Shown here piece by piece: positions 16,559 through 26,673 of a stretch of DNA of 52,787 bases. Under the pieces are notes generated by a model. The model searched no databases. It worked only from the letters and a program-made list of their open reading frames with translations, and was not told the DNA's origin. The stretch is from a virus. Taxonomy: Duplodnaviria; Caudoviricetes. A program made the translations under genes and the position numbers. The stretch is from positions 1-52,787 of the IMG/VR virus record IMGVR_UViG_3300037478_000191. One strand, written 5' to 3'. Within the stretch, counting starts at the first letter, position 1. Each line of letters starts with the position of its first letter.

Positions 16559-17025
16559 TGCCGATACGCAAGAAATGGAAGCTTGGGGACCATCTCGTCA
16601 AATGCGATAGAACCGGACGTACGGTCTATGCCTCTCAGTCCCGCAAGGAGTGGAACAATCTTAGGGTCTGGACGAAGGCATGGTTCCCACGCCAGCCGCA
16701 AGACCTCGTGCGCGGGTTGACCGACAAGCAGACCGTCGATGATCCGCGGCCGCCTACTGTCGATGAGTTTACAGGCCCGCTGACGACGGAGCTGAATGCA
16801 GATCATGCTGCTGGCGCAACGACGCTGACAGTCCTTTCGTCGGTGCGCTTTGCCGCCAGCGATCGCGTCCTCATCGGCCTTAATAACAATTCCATGTTTG
16901 CAACCACGGTGCAGACCATCCCCGACAGCACTTCCATCACCATAGCCGCAGGCCTTTCTTGGGCCGCTTCTGACGGCAACACCGTGATCAACACAACGCA
17001 AGTCTCCGGATCGGATATTTCATAG
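16558..17025 (+). CDS. Conserved podovirus neck-region protein with appended beta domain
   Basis: CDRTG...KEW...PRQPQD......DPRP motif. Confidence 0.7.
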   Translation: MPIRKKWKLGDHLVKCDRTGRTVYASQSRKEWNNLRVWTKAWFPRQPQDLVRGLTDKQTVDDPRPPTVDEFTGPLTTELNADHAAGATTLTVLSSVRFAASDRVLIGLNNNSMFATTVQTIPDSTSITIAAGLSWAASDGNTVINTTQVSGSDIS

Positions 17026-17979
17026 ATGGCGACCTCGGGAAGTTCAAACTTCGACGCCACGCGCGACGAGATTATCAAGGCGGCTTACCGCAAGCTTAAC
17101 GTTATCCGCAGTACTCAGACGCCGAATGCGCAGCTTATCACGGATGGAGCCTTTGCGCTCAACGCCGTTGTCAAGCATCTGCAGGCGCGTGGCATCCATG
17201 TCTGGACCGTGACCGAAGCGACCTTGTTTCCGCAGCCGGGGCAAGTAAAGTATGCTGTCTCATCAGCCGCAGGCTCCGATCATGTAACGAGTTCGTTCGT
17301 CAAGACCGAGATCGCCACAGCCGCAGCGAGCGGGGCTTCGACGATCACCGTCGATTCCGACACCGGGATTTCAGATGGAGATAATATCGGCATCGTGGTT
17401 GACGACGGCACGGTTCATTGGACGACGGTCAACGGCGCTCCTGCGTCTGACGTCATCACCTTGACCGCCGCTCTCGATGACAGTTCGGCTGTCGATAATG
17501 AGGTTTATGCCTACACGAACAAGATCGTGCGCCCGCTCAAGATCGTCAATGCGCGCTGGGTTGATGCCGATACCGGATACGAGACACCCGTCATCGAGAT
17601 GATGGCAAATCTCGATTACCGCAGGCTTCCGAACAAGACGCAAACTGGTGCCGTCACGCAGATGTTTTATGACGCGCAATTGACGACGGGGCAAGCCTAT
17701 CTGTGGCAGGTTCCTGCGGTCTTTGAAGGCTACGTGAATTTCACATGGCATCGCCCGATCGAAGATTTCGACGCGGCCGGTAACAATCCCGATCTGCCAG
17801 CTGAATGGATTCGTACACTTATTTGGCTGACCGCGATGGAGATGGGGCCGGAGTTCACGGTTCCGGAAGCAACATGGAACCGCGTTGTAACAATGGCGGC
17901 TTCATCGCTTGATGACATGGAAGGCTGGGATCGCGAAGAAACCAGCTGGGATTTCCAGCCGGATATGGGTTGGGGCTGA
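17026..17979 (+). CDS. Head-tail adaptor / tail tubular protein A-like
   Basis: MATSG..NF, I..AY..L, W...G..VWT, Y..LPNK...G, PAEW...L...A motifs. Confidence 0.75.
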   Translation: MATSGSSNFDATRDEIIKAAYRKLNVIRSTQTPNAQLITDGAFALNAVVKHLQARGIHVWTVTEATLFPQPGQVKYAVSSAAGSDHVTSSFVKTEIATAAASGASTITVDSDTGISDGDNIGIVVDDGTVHWTTVNGAPASDVITLTAALDDSSAVDNEVYAYTNKIVRPLKIVNARWVDADTGYETPVIEMMANLDYRRLPNKTQTGAVTQMFYDAQLTTGQAYLWQVPAVFEGYVNFTWHRPIEDFDAAGNNPDLPAEWIRTLIWLTAMEMGPEFTVPEATWNRVVTMAASSLDDMEGWDREETSWDFQPDMGWG

Positions 17980-19397
17980 TGCAGATTCCGTTCGCTTTAC
18001 AAAGCTACAGGCACGCCAGCCTGCCGCTATCAGCGCAGCGCGTCGTTAACATGTACGCCGAGGCCCAGCCGCAGGGCGCAAAGGCGCAGATGCCTATTCT
18101 TGGCTGTCCCGGCATCGATTCCCGCGTAACGCTCGGCTCCGGGCCGATCCGAGGCGCGCATGTGATGGACAGCACGCTCTATGTTGTGTCCGGCGGCACG
18201 CTGTATCAGGTCGATGAAGACGACGACACGACCACACTCGGCGGCGTCGTCTCCGGAACCGGGCCGGTCTCGATGGCGGATAATGGCTCCGAGCTGGTCA
18301 TCGTCAACGGCACGAACGGCTATATCTGGTCGTCCCTGGCAGGCTTCCGGCTGATCTCCGATACGGATTTCAATGCGGCCGATACCGTGACATTCATAGA
18401 CGGCTTCTTCATGTTCAACGAAACCGGTACGGGGCAGTTCTTCCGTTCCGATCTGCTGGACGGCACGAGCTATGACGGCACGGCGTTCGCGACGGCGGAA
18501 AGCCAGTCCGATGATCTGCTCGCCGTCCGCAATCACAAGCAAGTGCTTTACTTGCCGGGTGAACGCTCGATAGAGCTGTGGAGCAATGTCGGCGCGGCAA
18601 ACTTCCCGTTCCAGCGCATTCCCGGCGCGACGATCGACCGGGGCGTTGCCGGATCGTTCGCCATTACCGATGAGGATGAATCCCTGTTCATTCTCGGCGA
18701 TGACCGAATCGCCTATCGTCTCAACGGCCGCAGTCTCCAGCGCATTTCCACGCACGCCATCGAAATCGAGTGGCAGAACTACTCCACCATATCCGATGTG
18801 ATCGTGTTTTCCTATACGTGGAACGGTCACAAGTTCATCTGCTACACCTTCCCGGAAGTCGCATCGACATGGGCGTTTGATGTTGCAACGAACCTTTGGC
18901 ATGAGCGCAAGAGCCACGACCGGCTCGGCAATGATCTCGGACGCTGGCGGGCGAATATCACGATCTCGGCCTATAGCCGCGTCTATATCGGCGATGCGTT
19001 CTCCGGCAAGCTCGGCACTCTCAGCAACTCGACATATACCGAGTTTGGAGAAGATACCCGCGCAATCGCCGTTTCGCCGCCTATTCACGATCCGAACGGC
19101 AAACGGCTGTTCATGCCGTGGTTCGAGCTGGACATGGAAACCGGCGTCGGACTGACATCCGGACAAGGCTCCGACCCGCAGGCGATGCTGTCGATTTCCG
19201 ATGATGGCGGCCGGACATTCGATCCCCCGGAAGTCTGGTCGTCAATGGGCAAGATCGGCGAGTATGGCGGCGGCTACCGTGTAGCGTGGGATCGCCTGGG
19301 GGAATTTCACAACCGCTGCATGATGATCGAAATCTCCGACCCGGTACGCCGAGCGATCTACGGCGCGCGCGCACCTGAATTGAGCGTGGGGATATAA
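17979..19397 (+). CDS. Packaged DNA stabilization protein / tail nozzle (P22 gp10-like)
   Basis: TW.FD..T.LWHER, ELDMETGVGL..GQGSDPQAML..SDDGG.T, W.RLG motifs. Confidence 0.88.
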   Translation: MQIPFALQSYRHASLPLSAQRVVNMYAEAQPQGAKAQMPILGCPGIDSRVTLGSGPIRGAHVMDSTLYVVSGGTLYQVDEDDDTTTLGGVVSGTGPVSMADNGSELVIVNGTNGYIWSSLAGFRLISDTDFNAADTVTFIDGFFMFNETGTGQFFRSDLLDGTSYDGTAFATAESQSDDLLAVRNHKQVLYLPGERSIELWSNVGAANFPFQRIPGATIDRGVAGSFAITDEDESLFILGDDRIAYRLNGRSLQRISTHAIEIEWQNYSTISDVIVFSYTWNGHKFICYTFPEVASTWAFDVATNLWHERKSHDRLGNDLGRWRANITISAYSRVYIGDAFSGKLGTLSNSTYTEFGEDTRAIAVSPPIHDPNGKRLFMPWFELDMETGVGLTSGQGSDPQAMLSISDDGGRTFDPPEVWSSMGKIGEYGGGYRVAWDRLGEFHNRCMMIEISDPVRRAIYGARAPELSVGI

Positions 19398-19398
19398 A

Positions 19399-19845
19399 AT
19401 GGCTATTCCCACCGAATACCGTCCAACTCCGATCCCGGAGCTTGACGGCAACGTTCCCATCGTAGATCCGAAAACTGGACTGCCGACGATGCAGTTCCTG
19501 CAAGCCTACGAGCGTTTCCGCAACTATGTCAATGGTGGCAACCGGGTCATCCCGTGCTCGGCCTCGACGGCATCGAACAAGATCACGCTGACGCCGAATG
19601 ATGCATCACCGATGATCGAAGGCTATCGGGATTACGAGATCTTCGTCGCGATAGCCGACGCAACGTCGGATGGCGATGTGACGGCCACTGTGGTTCCGAA
19701 AACGGGCGTTTTAGACACGCTGAAAGTCTTTAAAACGGACGGCGCGGCGCAAGCTACCACCGGAGATATCGTCTCGGGATCGCTGTATCTGTTCGTGTTC
19801 GGCGACCCGTATGACAGTGCGGCTGGCGGTTTCGTTCTTAAGTGA
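19399..19845 (+). CDS. Tail accessory protein (needle/plug position)
   Basis: P.VDP.TG.PT..F N-terminus; position after the gp10-like gene. Confidence 0.55.
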   Translation: MAIPTEYRPTPIPELDGNVPIVDPKTGLPTMQFLQAYERFRNYVNGGNRVIPCSASTASNKITLTPNDASPMIEGYRDYEIFVAIADATSDGDVTATVVPKTGVLDTLKVFKTDGAAQATTGDIVSGSLYLFVFGDPYDSAAGGFVLK

Positions 19846-20279
19846 CGATCCGCGAAGCCGTCCGCGCCGACATTCCGCACCTTGTCGTCATGGGTTTGCA
19901 CTTTGTCCGAAGTGGCGATTACGCCGGACATCTGGATGAAAACCCGGACGCGCTCTTCGATACCATGCTCCGGTTGATCGAGAGTGGAGACGCCCTCCTG
20001 CTCGTGCAGGGGGAAGACAAACCAACCGGGATGATCGGCGCGCTGATCTTCAGCCATCCATTATCACATCAGACCTTCTTCAGCGAACTGTTCTGGTGGG
20101 TTGAACCGGATCACCGCGGCAATGGTCTTGCTCTTCTCCGCATGGCGGAGAAGTGGGCAACGGCGCGCGGCGCATCTCACAGCATCATGATCTCCCCGGA
20201 TGAACGGGTTTCGCGTGTGTACGAAACGCTTGGCTACTCCCTTCTGGAGACCCACTACGTGAAGGAATTCCCTGAATGA
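19842..20279 (+). CDS. GNAT-fold acetyltransferase-like morphogenesis protein
   Basis: IREA..ADIP, ELFWWVEPDHRG.G..LL..AE.WA..RGA, YE.LGY. Confidence 0.85.
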   Translation: MTIREAVRADIPHLVVMGLHFVRSGDYAGHLDENPDALFDTMLRLIESGDALLLVQGEDKPTGMIGALIFSHPLSHQTFFSELFWWVEPDHRGNGLALLRMAEKWATARGASHSIMISPDERVSRVYETLGYSLLETHYVKEFPE

Positions 20280-20929
20280 TCGGAACGACAGCAGCTTTGC
20301 TCGGTTCTGCCGCGCTTGGTCTGGGCGGATCTTTTCTGTCCTCGCAGGCATCGAAGAAAGCCGCCAAGACACAGGCGGCAGCGGCGCAGCGCGCGGAAGC
20401 GAAGTTTGCGCCTTTTTACAATGCCGGACAAGGTGCGGTAACGACGCTCGGACAGTTGTTCGGCATCGGCGCGGACGGCCAGCAGACGGGACAGGCGGAT
20501 TTCAGCAACTTTTTCCAGTCGCCGGATTATGAATTTGCCCGCGGCGAAGGCTTGAAGGCGCTGGAATTCTCGAACGCGGCGAAGGGCCAGCTCAATTCCG
20601 GTAACAACATGCGCGATCTGGTCTCGTTCGGTCAAGGGCTGGCGACGCAGAATTTCGGGAACTACTTCAACCGGCTCTTGCAGCTTTCGCAACTCGGATC
20701 GAACGCGGCGGCCGGCCAGGCCGAGCAGATCGGCAATCAGGGGCAGGCAAAAGCCTCAGGCATCATCGGCTCCGCCAACGCGATCAATCAGGGGCTTTCG
20801 AGTTTCGGCAACAACCTGATGATGTCCAGCGTTTTCGGCGGCGGCCAGACCAATCCGAGCGCGTACGCCAATAACCCAGCACAAGCCAATCTCTACAGCC
20901 CGCAGGCTTGGGGCGCAACCTACGCTTAG
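20276..20929 (+). CDS. DNA ejection protein (P22 gp7-like)
   Basis: Gly/Ala N-terminus, P...AG..A, SPDY.F...EG..A...S.AA.G.L.SG motif. Confidence 0.8.
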   Translation: MIGTTAALLGSAALGLGGSFLSSQASKKAAKTQAAAAQRAEAKFAPFYNAGQGAVTTLGQLFGIGADGQQTGQADFSNFFQSPDYEFARGEGLKALEFSNAAKGQLNSGNNMRDLVSFGQGLATQNFGNYFNRLLQLSQLGSNAAAGQAEQIGNQGQAKASGIIGSANAINQGLSSFGNNLMMSSVFGGGQTNPSAYANNPAQANLYSPQAWGATYA

Positions 20930-20938
20930 GAACCATCT

Positions 20939-22258
20939 ATGGCGAATTACTCAATTGCCCTAGGCGCTCAGCCGCCGCAGATCGACGTGGGCAACGCGCT
21001 CGCGCTCGCCGCGCAGATGCAGCGCCAGAAGGCCGCCGAAGCGCAGGCGCAGCAGGGCATGGAACTGGATCGTCAGCGTTTTGGCTTGCAGCAGCAGCAG
21101 TTCGGTTTGCAGCAAAGCGAATTCGAAAAGGCACAGGCCGAAAAGCAGGCGCAGAGAAACGCGCTGGCAGAATATACCAAGGCACAGCAAGGAGGCGATG
21201 AGAACGCGTTGTCGCGGCTCTCAGCCTATCCTGACCTGCAACAGAAGGTTCTGGCGGTTCGCAATGGAATGGCGGAAGCCGAGCGCGGGCAATTCGATCA
21301 GAAATTGATCCGCAATGCGCGGCGGGCGCAATCCGTCATGGGCGTACAGGGCGACGCCAAGCAGCAGGCGTGGATGGGAGCACTTGATGACGCCGTTCAG
21401 TCCGGTGACATTACCCCGCAAATGTACGAGCAATATGCAGCACAGCCGCCAAACGATCTGATGTTGCAGAATATCGTGGAACAGGCGGTGCCGATCCAGC
21501 AGCTATATCAGCCGCCGACTGCGAACATGCAGGAGCTGGAAGCGGCGGGCATTGAGCCGGGCACACCGGAATTCCGGGAACGGATCGCACCCGCGCCGCT
21601 GCCCAAGTTCGAGAAGCTCGACAACAGACTGGTTCGGATCAATCCGGATGGCAGCACTGAGGATATGACGCCGCCCGGTATGCCGATGACATCTGAAAAG
21701 CCTCCTGCTGGCTATCGCTACACACCGGACGGACAGAGCCTCGAAGCAATCCCCGGCGGCCCGGCAACGAAGCTTCCAGGCGATATGGCCGGACGCGTCG
21801 CGGCGCTGCAAACCGCCAAAGAGAGCTTCGCTGATGTCCGCAACTTCTACGAGGGACAGGACTTGGGAGATCGCGCGAGCCAGCTTATCAACAGCGGGAG
21901 CGCAGGACGCGTTGAACGTAATGTAAGACTAGCGATTGAAGCGGCGCTGCGCGCGATGACCGGCGCAGCCGCTCCCGAAAGCGAGGTCGAGAATTATCTG
22001 AATATCTTCGGACCGTCCGCGCTCGACACGCAGGCGACAATCAAGGACAAGCTCGACCGTCTTGAGAGCTTCATGGGTAACGTTGAGGCGAACATTGCGC
22101 AGGGGCGCAGTTCTGCTCCCGGTGCGGACGGAATGAAGGATGCATCCAGACTACAACAGGAAGAACCTACCCAAATCACCACGCAGCAGGAATATCAGGC
22201 ATTGCCACCTGGAACGCAATACATCGCACCTGACGGCAATATCAGGATTAAGCAGTGA
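20939..22258 (+). CDS. DNA ejection protein (gp20 position)
   Basis: Gln-rich helical N-terminus, PPAGYR...LEAIPGGPA, C-terminal 'EYQALPPGTQYIAPDGNIRIK' module. Confidence 0.7.
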   Translation: MANYSIALGAQPPQIDVGNALALAAQMQRQKAAEAQAQQGMELDRQRFGLQQQQFGLQQSEFEKAQAEKQAQRNALAEYTKAQQGGDENALSRLSAYPDLQQKVLAVRNGMAEAERGQFDQKLIRNARRAQSVMGVQGDAKQQAWMGALDDAVQSGDITPQMYEQYAAQPPNDLMLQNIVEQAVPIQQLYQPPTANMQELEAAGIEPGTPEFRERIAPAPLPKFEKLDNRLVRINPDGSTEDMTPPGMPMTSEKPPAGYRYTPDGQSLEAIPGGPATKLPGDMAGRVAALQTAKESFADVRNFYEGQDLGDRASQLINSGSAGRVERNVRLAIEAALRAMTGAAAPESEVENYLNIFGPSALDTQATIKDKLDRLESFMGNVEANIAQGRSSAPGADGMKDASRLQQEEPTQITTQQEYQALPPGTQYIAPDGNIRIKQ

Positions 22259-24639
22259 TGGCAGAATTCTGGGAGAATGACCCCGTTGCCAACAGCGGCC
22301 AGGCTTCTGATTGGTGGAAGAACGATCCAGTTGCCGCACCGCTACGCGATCGGCTATTCGAAAAGCCAGAAGATGAATCTCTATACAAGAGAGAACTGGC
22401 GAAAATCACCGAAGAGCGGTCAAAGCCGCGCGTGCCGACCCCCGATGACGAATTCTCCCCCGAGGAACTGGCGCAAAACCGCGTCATGCAGCTTCGTGGG
22501 CGGGAGCATGAACAGCAGGGTTTTGACGAATCCCGCACGCCGCTGAAGCGCGTAACGGATGCCTCGACGTTTACCTTGTCCGCAATTCCGCGCGCGTTGA
22601 CAGGTGGCCGTCATGGCCTCGGCGACGTTGCCGGGCTTGTGTCGGAAGAAGCCGGGGAAACCTATAATCAGGCTGAAGCCGATTTTGCGCGTGCAAATCG
22701 TGGCTGGTTGGAACCTGTCGCGAAAGTTGGCGAGGCAACGATCGGCATTCCGTTCTTGCAATCGATGGGCGGCGTTCCCGGTCAGATGATGAGGACTGGA
22801 CGCGCGGCTGCGCAGCGCTACGCCGCGCCGGTGACGAACCGGTTCGCGTCGCAGAGGCAACCCGGACCCGCGCCCGTGGCAACGCCAGAACAAGCCTACG
22901 GCCCGGCGCAGCGCATTCAGGACCGCCAAGCCTTCGTTGACGAGGGTATTCCGGAATTTGCGCCTGCGTTCGGATCGAAGGGCCTCGCCCGCACCGGACG
23001 CACGATCGAGGAAGTTCCGCTTGTCGGCGGAACGGTCAAGGTGCCGAAAACCGCCGTTGAGCAAGCTATGCTTGAAAGGCAGCGCAATATCGCCTCACAG
23101 GCGGGCGCTGCGGCCAGTCAGGAAGAAGTCGGGCGGATATCGCAGGGCGGGCTTTCGCGGTTCCGTGGGGCAAATCTGGAGGACCTGGAGCGGTCTCGCG
23201 TGCAAGGGCTTGGGTTGACGCCAGACCGACCGCCTTCTGCTCAGGCTGGCAATGTTACCATCAATCGCCCAAGCCAGTTGAATACTGCGCAGATGACGGA
23301 CGCGCAATTGCGCGCGGCGGCGGAATCTCGCGTCAATCTACCGGGCTCAACCCGGTCCCGCGTGGAAGATTTGACGCAGCAGGAAGTGCAGAGGATCGTC
23401 TCTCTCCCCGCGAGAGACACAAGCTTTGCCACAAAAGCATCAGCACTATATAGGCAAGCGGAAGACGCCTTGCCACGCACCATGCGCGTGAACGATACGG
23501 CCAATCCTGGACTTCTTGCTACGCGGAATTCCCAGCGCGTAGTTAATGGTATGTTGCGACAAGAGCAATCCGCAAGCATCAGCGGGGGCGTATTGGAAGG
23601 CCGGTTTGGGCAGTTGGTGCAACGTCTTGCCAATCCACGCTCGAACTTTACACTGGATTCGATGCGTGCGGCGCGCACGGAAGTCGGACGCGCGCTGTCC
23701 AGCTTTGGCGAATTCGACGTGCGACTTGATCGCACCCAGCTAAAGCAGCTTTATGGCGCGATCTCAGGCGACTATCAATCTGGCCTCGTGGCGCTTGCGG
23801 CCCGTGCACGGCGCGGCGCGCGTGATGGAAGCGTTCCGGTCTCTGTCGCCAATGAAGCCGACCGCGCCTTGCAGCGCTACCGTGTTGCTGACAGATACTT
23901 CCGCAACGGCATTGAGCGCATGGATCGCTTCATGAGCGTGCTCGGCGCGGATACGCTGGAACAGGCATCGAAACGCATCGCCTCCTATCTGCGCGAGAAT
24001 ACGCAGAATATCCGCTCTCTGGAAAGCATGTCATCGTCTCTCCGGCCGGAGGAATGGCGCGCGGTGCTCGGCAATGTCGTCGAGCAGCTCGGCAGGTTGA
24101 CGCCCGGCGCGCGAGAGGCTGAGCGGGTTTTCTCATTTGAGCGCTATGCAACCGATTGGGCCAAGATCAGCCAGAACCCGCGCGTCATAGCGCTGTTCCG
24201 GCGCTCGCTCGGTGATGAAACCGTGCGCTCGCTTCAGAATATGGGACGCATCGCCGAACGGATGAAATATTACGAGTCCACAAAGAACTATAGCGGATCG
24301 GCCTACACGGCAGGGGCGGGGGCTGGTATGGCAGCACTACTTACGCCGGGCGCGTGGCCTTTGCTGATTGCCGGTATTGCAGGCCCTGGCGTCGTCGGCA
24401 AGGTCATTACCAGCCGCTCGTTCGCCCGGTGGGTCAATTCGCTGAATCGCGCTCAGGTGCGGGTAGGCTCTTCCGTCGAAGCGACAAAGCAGGCGGCTCG
24501 TCCTCATCTTCAGCGATTGGCACGGATCGCAGCCAAAGAACGCGATCCCGAATTAGCGGCCATGCTGAGCGCTCTCGGAGTGGCGATCGAACAGCAGTTG
24601 GAAGCCGCCACTCGTCCAGAAACCAGCACAGCACAATGA
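22258..24639 (+). CDS. Large DNA ejection protein (gp16 position)
   Basis: 793 aa helical, Ala/Arg-rich; C-terminal N.SG[ST]A plus Gly-rich hydrophobic hairpin; N-terminal W.NDPV x2. Confidence 0.72.
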   Translation: MAEFWENDPVANSGQASDWWKNDPVAAPLRDRLFEKPEDESLYKRELAKITEERSKPRVPTPDDEFSPEELAQNRVMQLRGREHEQQGFDESRTPLKRVTDASTFTLSAIPRALTGGRHGLGDVAGLVSEEAGETYNQAEADFARANRGWLEPVAKVGEATIGIPFLQSMGGVPGQMMRTGRAAAQRYAAPVTNRFASQRQPGPAPVATPEQAYGPAQRIQDRQAFVDEGIPEFAPAFGSKGLARTGRTIEEVPLVGGTVKVPKTAVEQAMLERQRNIASQAGAAASQEEVGRISQGGLSRFRGANLEDLERSRVQGLGLTPDRPPSAQAGNVTINRPSQLNTAQMTDAQLRAAAESRVNLPGSTRSRVEDLTQQEVQRIVSLPARDTSFATKASALYRQAEDALPRTMRVNDTANPGLLATRNSQRVVNGMLRQEQSASISGGVLEGRFGQLVQRLANPRSNFTLDSMRAARTEVGRALSSFGEFDVRLDRTQLKQLYGAISGDYQSGLVALAARARRGARDGSVPVSVANEADRALQRYRVADRYFRNGIERMDRFMSVLGADTLEQASKRIASYLRENTQNIRSLESMSSSLRPEEWRAVLGNVVEQLGRLTPGAREAERVFSFERYATDWAKISQNPRVIALFRRSLGDETVRSLQNMGRIAERMKYYESTKNYSGSAYTAGAGAGMAALLTPGAWPLLIAGIAGPGVVGKVITSRSFARWVNSLNRAQVRVGSSVEATKQAARPHLQRLARIAAKERDPELAAMLSALGVAIEQQLEAATRPETSTAQ

Positions 24640-24805
24640 CGACGCCGAAGTACCATGACAGTTCAAGCGCGAGCGTCATGATGCTGTACGGGACTTCGTG
24701 CATCGCGTACCAGAACGGGGCTATGACGTAGCCGACCGGGATTGATAGAAGCGCGCCGAATATGAGCATGCCGAACAGATGCAGTATCGATCGGACGACA
24801 ATCAA
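24434..24805 (-). CDS. Candidate inner-membrane protein (superinfection-exclusion position); start uncertain
   Basis: Two hydrophobic helices in the 24640-24805 gap; the frame runs about 200 nt into the convergent gene. Confidence 0.35.
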   Translation of the reverse strand: MIVVRSILHLFGMLIFGALLSIPVGYVIAPFWYAMHEVPYSIMTLALELSWYFGVVIVLCWFLDEWRLPTAVRSPLRERSAWPLIRDRVLWLRSVPIAEDEDEPPALSLRRKSLPAPERDSAN

Positions 24806-24996
24806 CCCTGCCCCCGCGCCGCTCTCGCAATCCGAATAGAAGACATGGCAGATGTGCTCATGATAGCCAGTTCCCGATAGCCAAAGACAGCGCCAGAACA
24901 TTGCCGAGCAGACACCCTGCAATGATCAAATCCGGTATGCGGGCAACCCACGTGCCCGGTTCAACTTTAACCAGATCAATAAGGTTTTTCTGAAAC

Positions 24997-26604
24997 ATGG
25001 ACCCTCGCGAACAGCTTTTACAGAACCTGATGGAGCAGCTCAACAGTTTCGAGCTGCCAACGCGCTTTGATCAGGCCCAAAAAGACCAGATCATGAAGGG
25101 ACGGAAAGGCCAAGCCGAAATTGACGAAGGCCGCCGCGCCATCTCCGAGAATGAACGATTATATCAGGATGCGGTGACGCAACGCAAGCAGCTCTCCGAT
25201 CAAATCCAGTCTGTTCAGAATGAGCTGACGACTTCGCAGGAAACGGAGCAAGCCAACAGCCCTTACGAACAGACCCGTCAGGGGTTGCTGTTCGGAGCGC
25301 CGCTTGCTGCTGGCGTGCCGTTCGGCATCTGGAAGGGTATGAGTTCCACGGCGAGTGCAAAGGACGTGCTGGCCGAGCGTGCGAAGAACCTTGCCGGATT
25401 GGCTCAGGACGTTAGGTCCGGAGATGTCCCCCGCACCGATGCATCTCGGACTGCAAAGAGCATGGGACTGCTGAAGACGAAGCCGGGCGGCGGACCGCTT
25501 TTGGCCGGCACAGCCCTGATGGCAACGGGCGCTTTGCATCGTGCCGGAGCACCGTACCTTGCTGAAAGCGAGATGGGGCAAGATATAAACCGAGCGTTCG
25601 GCGGATTCGAGGCTGGCATCGGAACCGGCCTACTCGGTCAGCAACTGGTTGGCGGGAGAAATATTCCGCCATATGCCAGTGCATCGGACGTTGCCACTGT
25701 CACGGGCAGCGGTGCGCCGCAATCTACACCGCCACAGGCCGCGACCCCGCAAAGCCGCCCGGCCGTTACGCCGACTTCCCAGACGCCTGTGCCGACGAAC
25801 GCACAAACGCTGATCGCAGGCGCGCGGGCCGCCGGTCTGGAAGGCAAGATCACGAAGGCAAGCGCCGCCAAATATCTTCTGAACAAGAAAACCATCACCG
25901 ATCAGAACCGGACATCCATCGCAAAAGCGCTTCGTGTCAGCCCCGGTCCGAATTTCACCGAGCGCCTCAACAAGAAGATCAAGGGGCTTTCGTCTTCGCG
26001 CAAAACTCTTCCCGGTCTTGCATGGCCTTTTATTGCTGGTGCGATGGCGTATGATACAGTCACGAGTAACGCTGAAGCTAGTAGCGGCGGCATCACGAAT
26101 GCTGATCGCCTGAAGGGCGCGGCAACAGGCACTGCGGCAGGCGGTGCCGTTTATGCTGGTGGCCGCATGCTGGATGCCTTGGGGCGCATAGCCCCACATT
26201 TGGGGGGCGTGATGTCGCCTGTTGCCACGATGGGTTACGACCCCCTTGAGGGCGGATCACGCGAAGCCACGGAGCAGAACATCTCCGAAGCGCGCGGACA
26301 GGCATCGTCTTTTGCACCGGGACTGGCCGAGAACATCATGGGCATCCCCCGATCGGAAGGCGAGATGTACAGCAAGGCGCAAGTGCCGACGCCAAATCCC
26401 GCTCGTGGACTTCCCGCAGGCGCAGACCCCGATGTAGCGAAAGCATGGCGTAAAAGCCCCCGCCGGACGATCATCGAGCTTTCCAGATCATCCGGCCTCG
26501 ATGCTCAGGACATCGCCACGCTTGCCGGTGTTGCTCCCGATGAAGTCAACTCCATCATGGGGGCGATACCGCAACAGGCAATGGAAATGCGGGCGTCTCC
26601 GTAA
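24997..26604 (+). CDS. Additional internal virion/ejected protein (putative)
   Basis: 535 aa; coiled coil, Gly-zipper hydrophobic segments, P/Q/T linker, HTH-like C-terminus. Confidence 0.6.
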   Translation: MDPREQLLQNLMEQLNSFELPTRFDQAQKDQIMKGRKGQAEIDEGRRAISENERLYQDAVTQRKQLSDQIQSVQNELTTSQETEQANSPYEQTRQGLLFGAPLAAGVPFGIWKGMSSTASAKDVLAERAKNLAGLAQDVRSGDVPRTDASRTAKSMGLLKTKPGGGPLLAGTALMATGALHRAGAPYLAESEMGQDINRAFGGFEAGIGTGLLGQQLVGGRNIPPYASASDVATVTGSGAPQSTPPQAATPQSRPAVTPTSQTPVPTNAQTLIAGARAAGLEGKITKASAAKYLLNKKTITDQNRTSIAKALRVSPGPNFTERLNKKIKGLSSSRKTLPGLAWPFIAGAMAYDTVTSNAEASSGGITNADRLKGAATGTAAGGAVYAGGRMLDALGRIAPHLGGVMSPVATMGYDPLEGGSREATEQNISEARGQASSFAPGLAENIMGIPRSEGEMYSKAQVPTPNPARGLPAGADPDVAKAWRKSPRRTIIELSRSSGLDAQDIATLAGVAPDEVNSIMGAIPQQAMEMRASP

Positions 26605-26633
26605 GGCAAAAAGCAGCAAATCGGAATTCACTG

Positions 26634-26654
26634 GCCCGCTAAGCGGGCTTTTTT
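26634..26654 (+). terminator. Rho-independent terminator
   Basis: GCCCGC-TAA-GCGGGC-TTTTTT. Confidence 0.8.
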
Positions 26655-26673
26655 ATTGCATGAGGCAAAGCCC

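Noticed and set aside
18030-19166. 378-aa - strand ORF
   Set aside because: Shadow of the gp10-like gene
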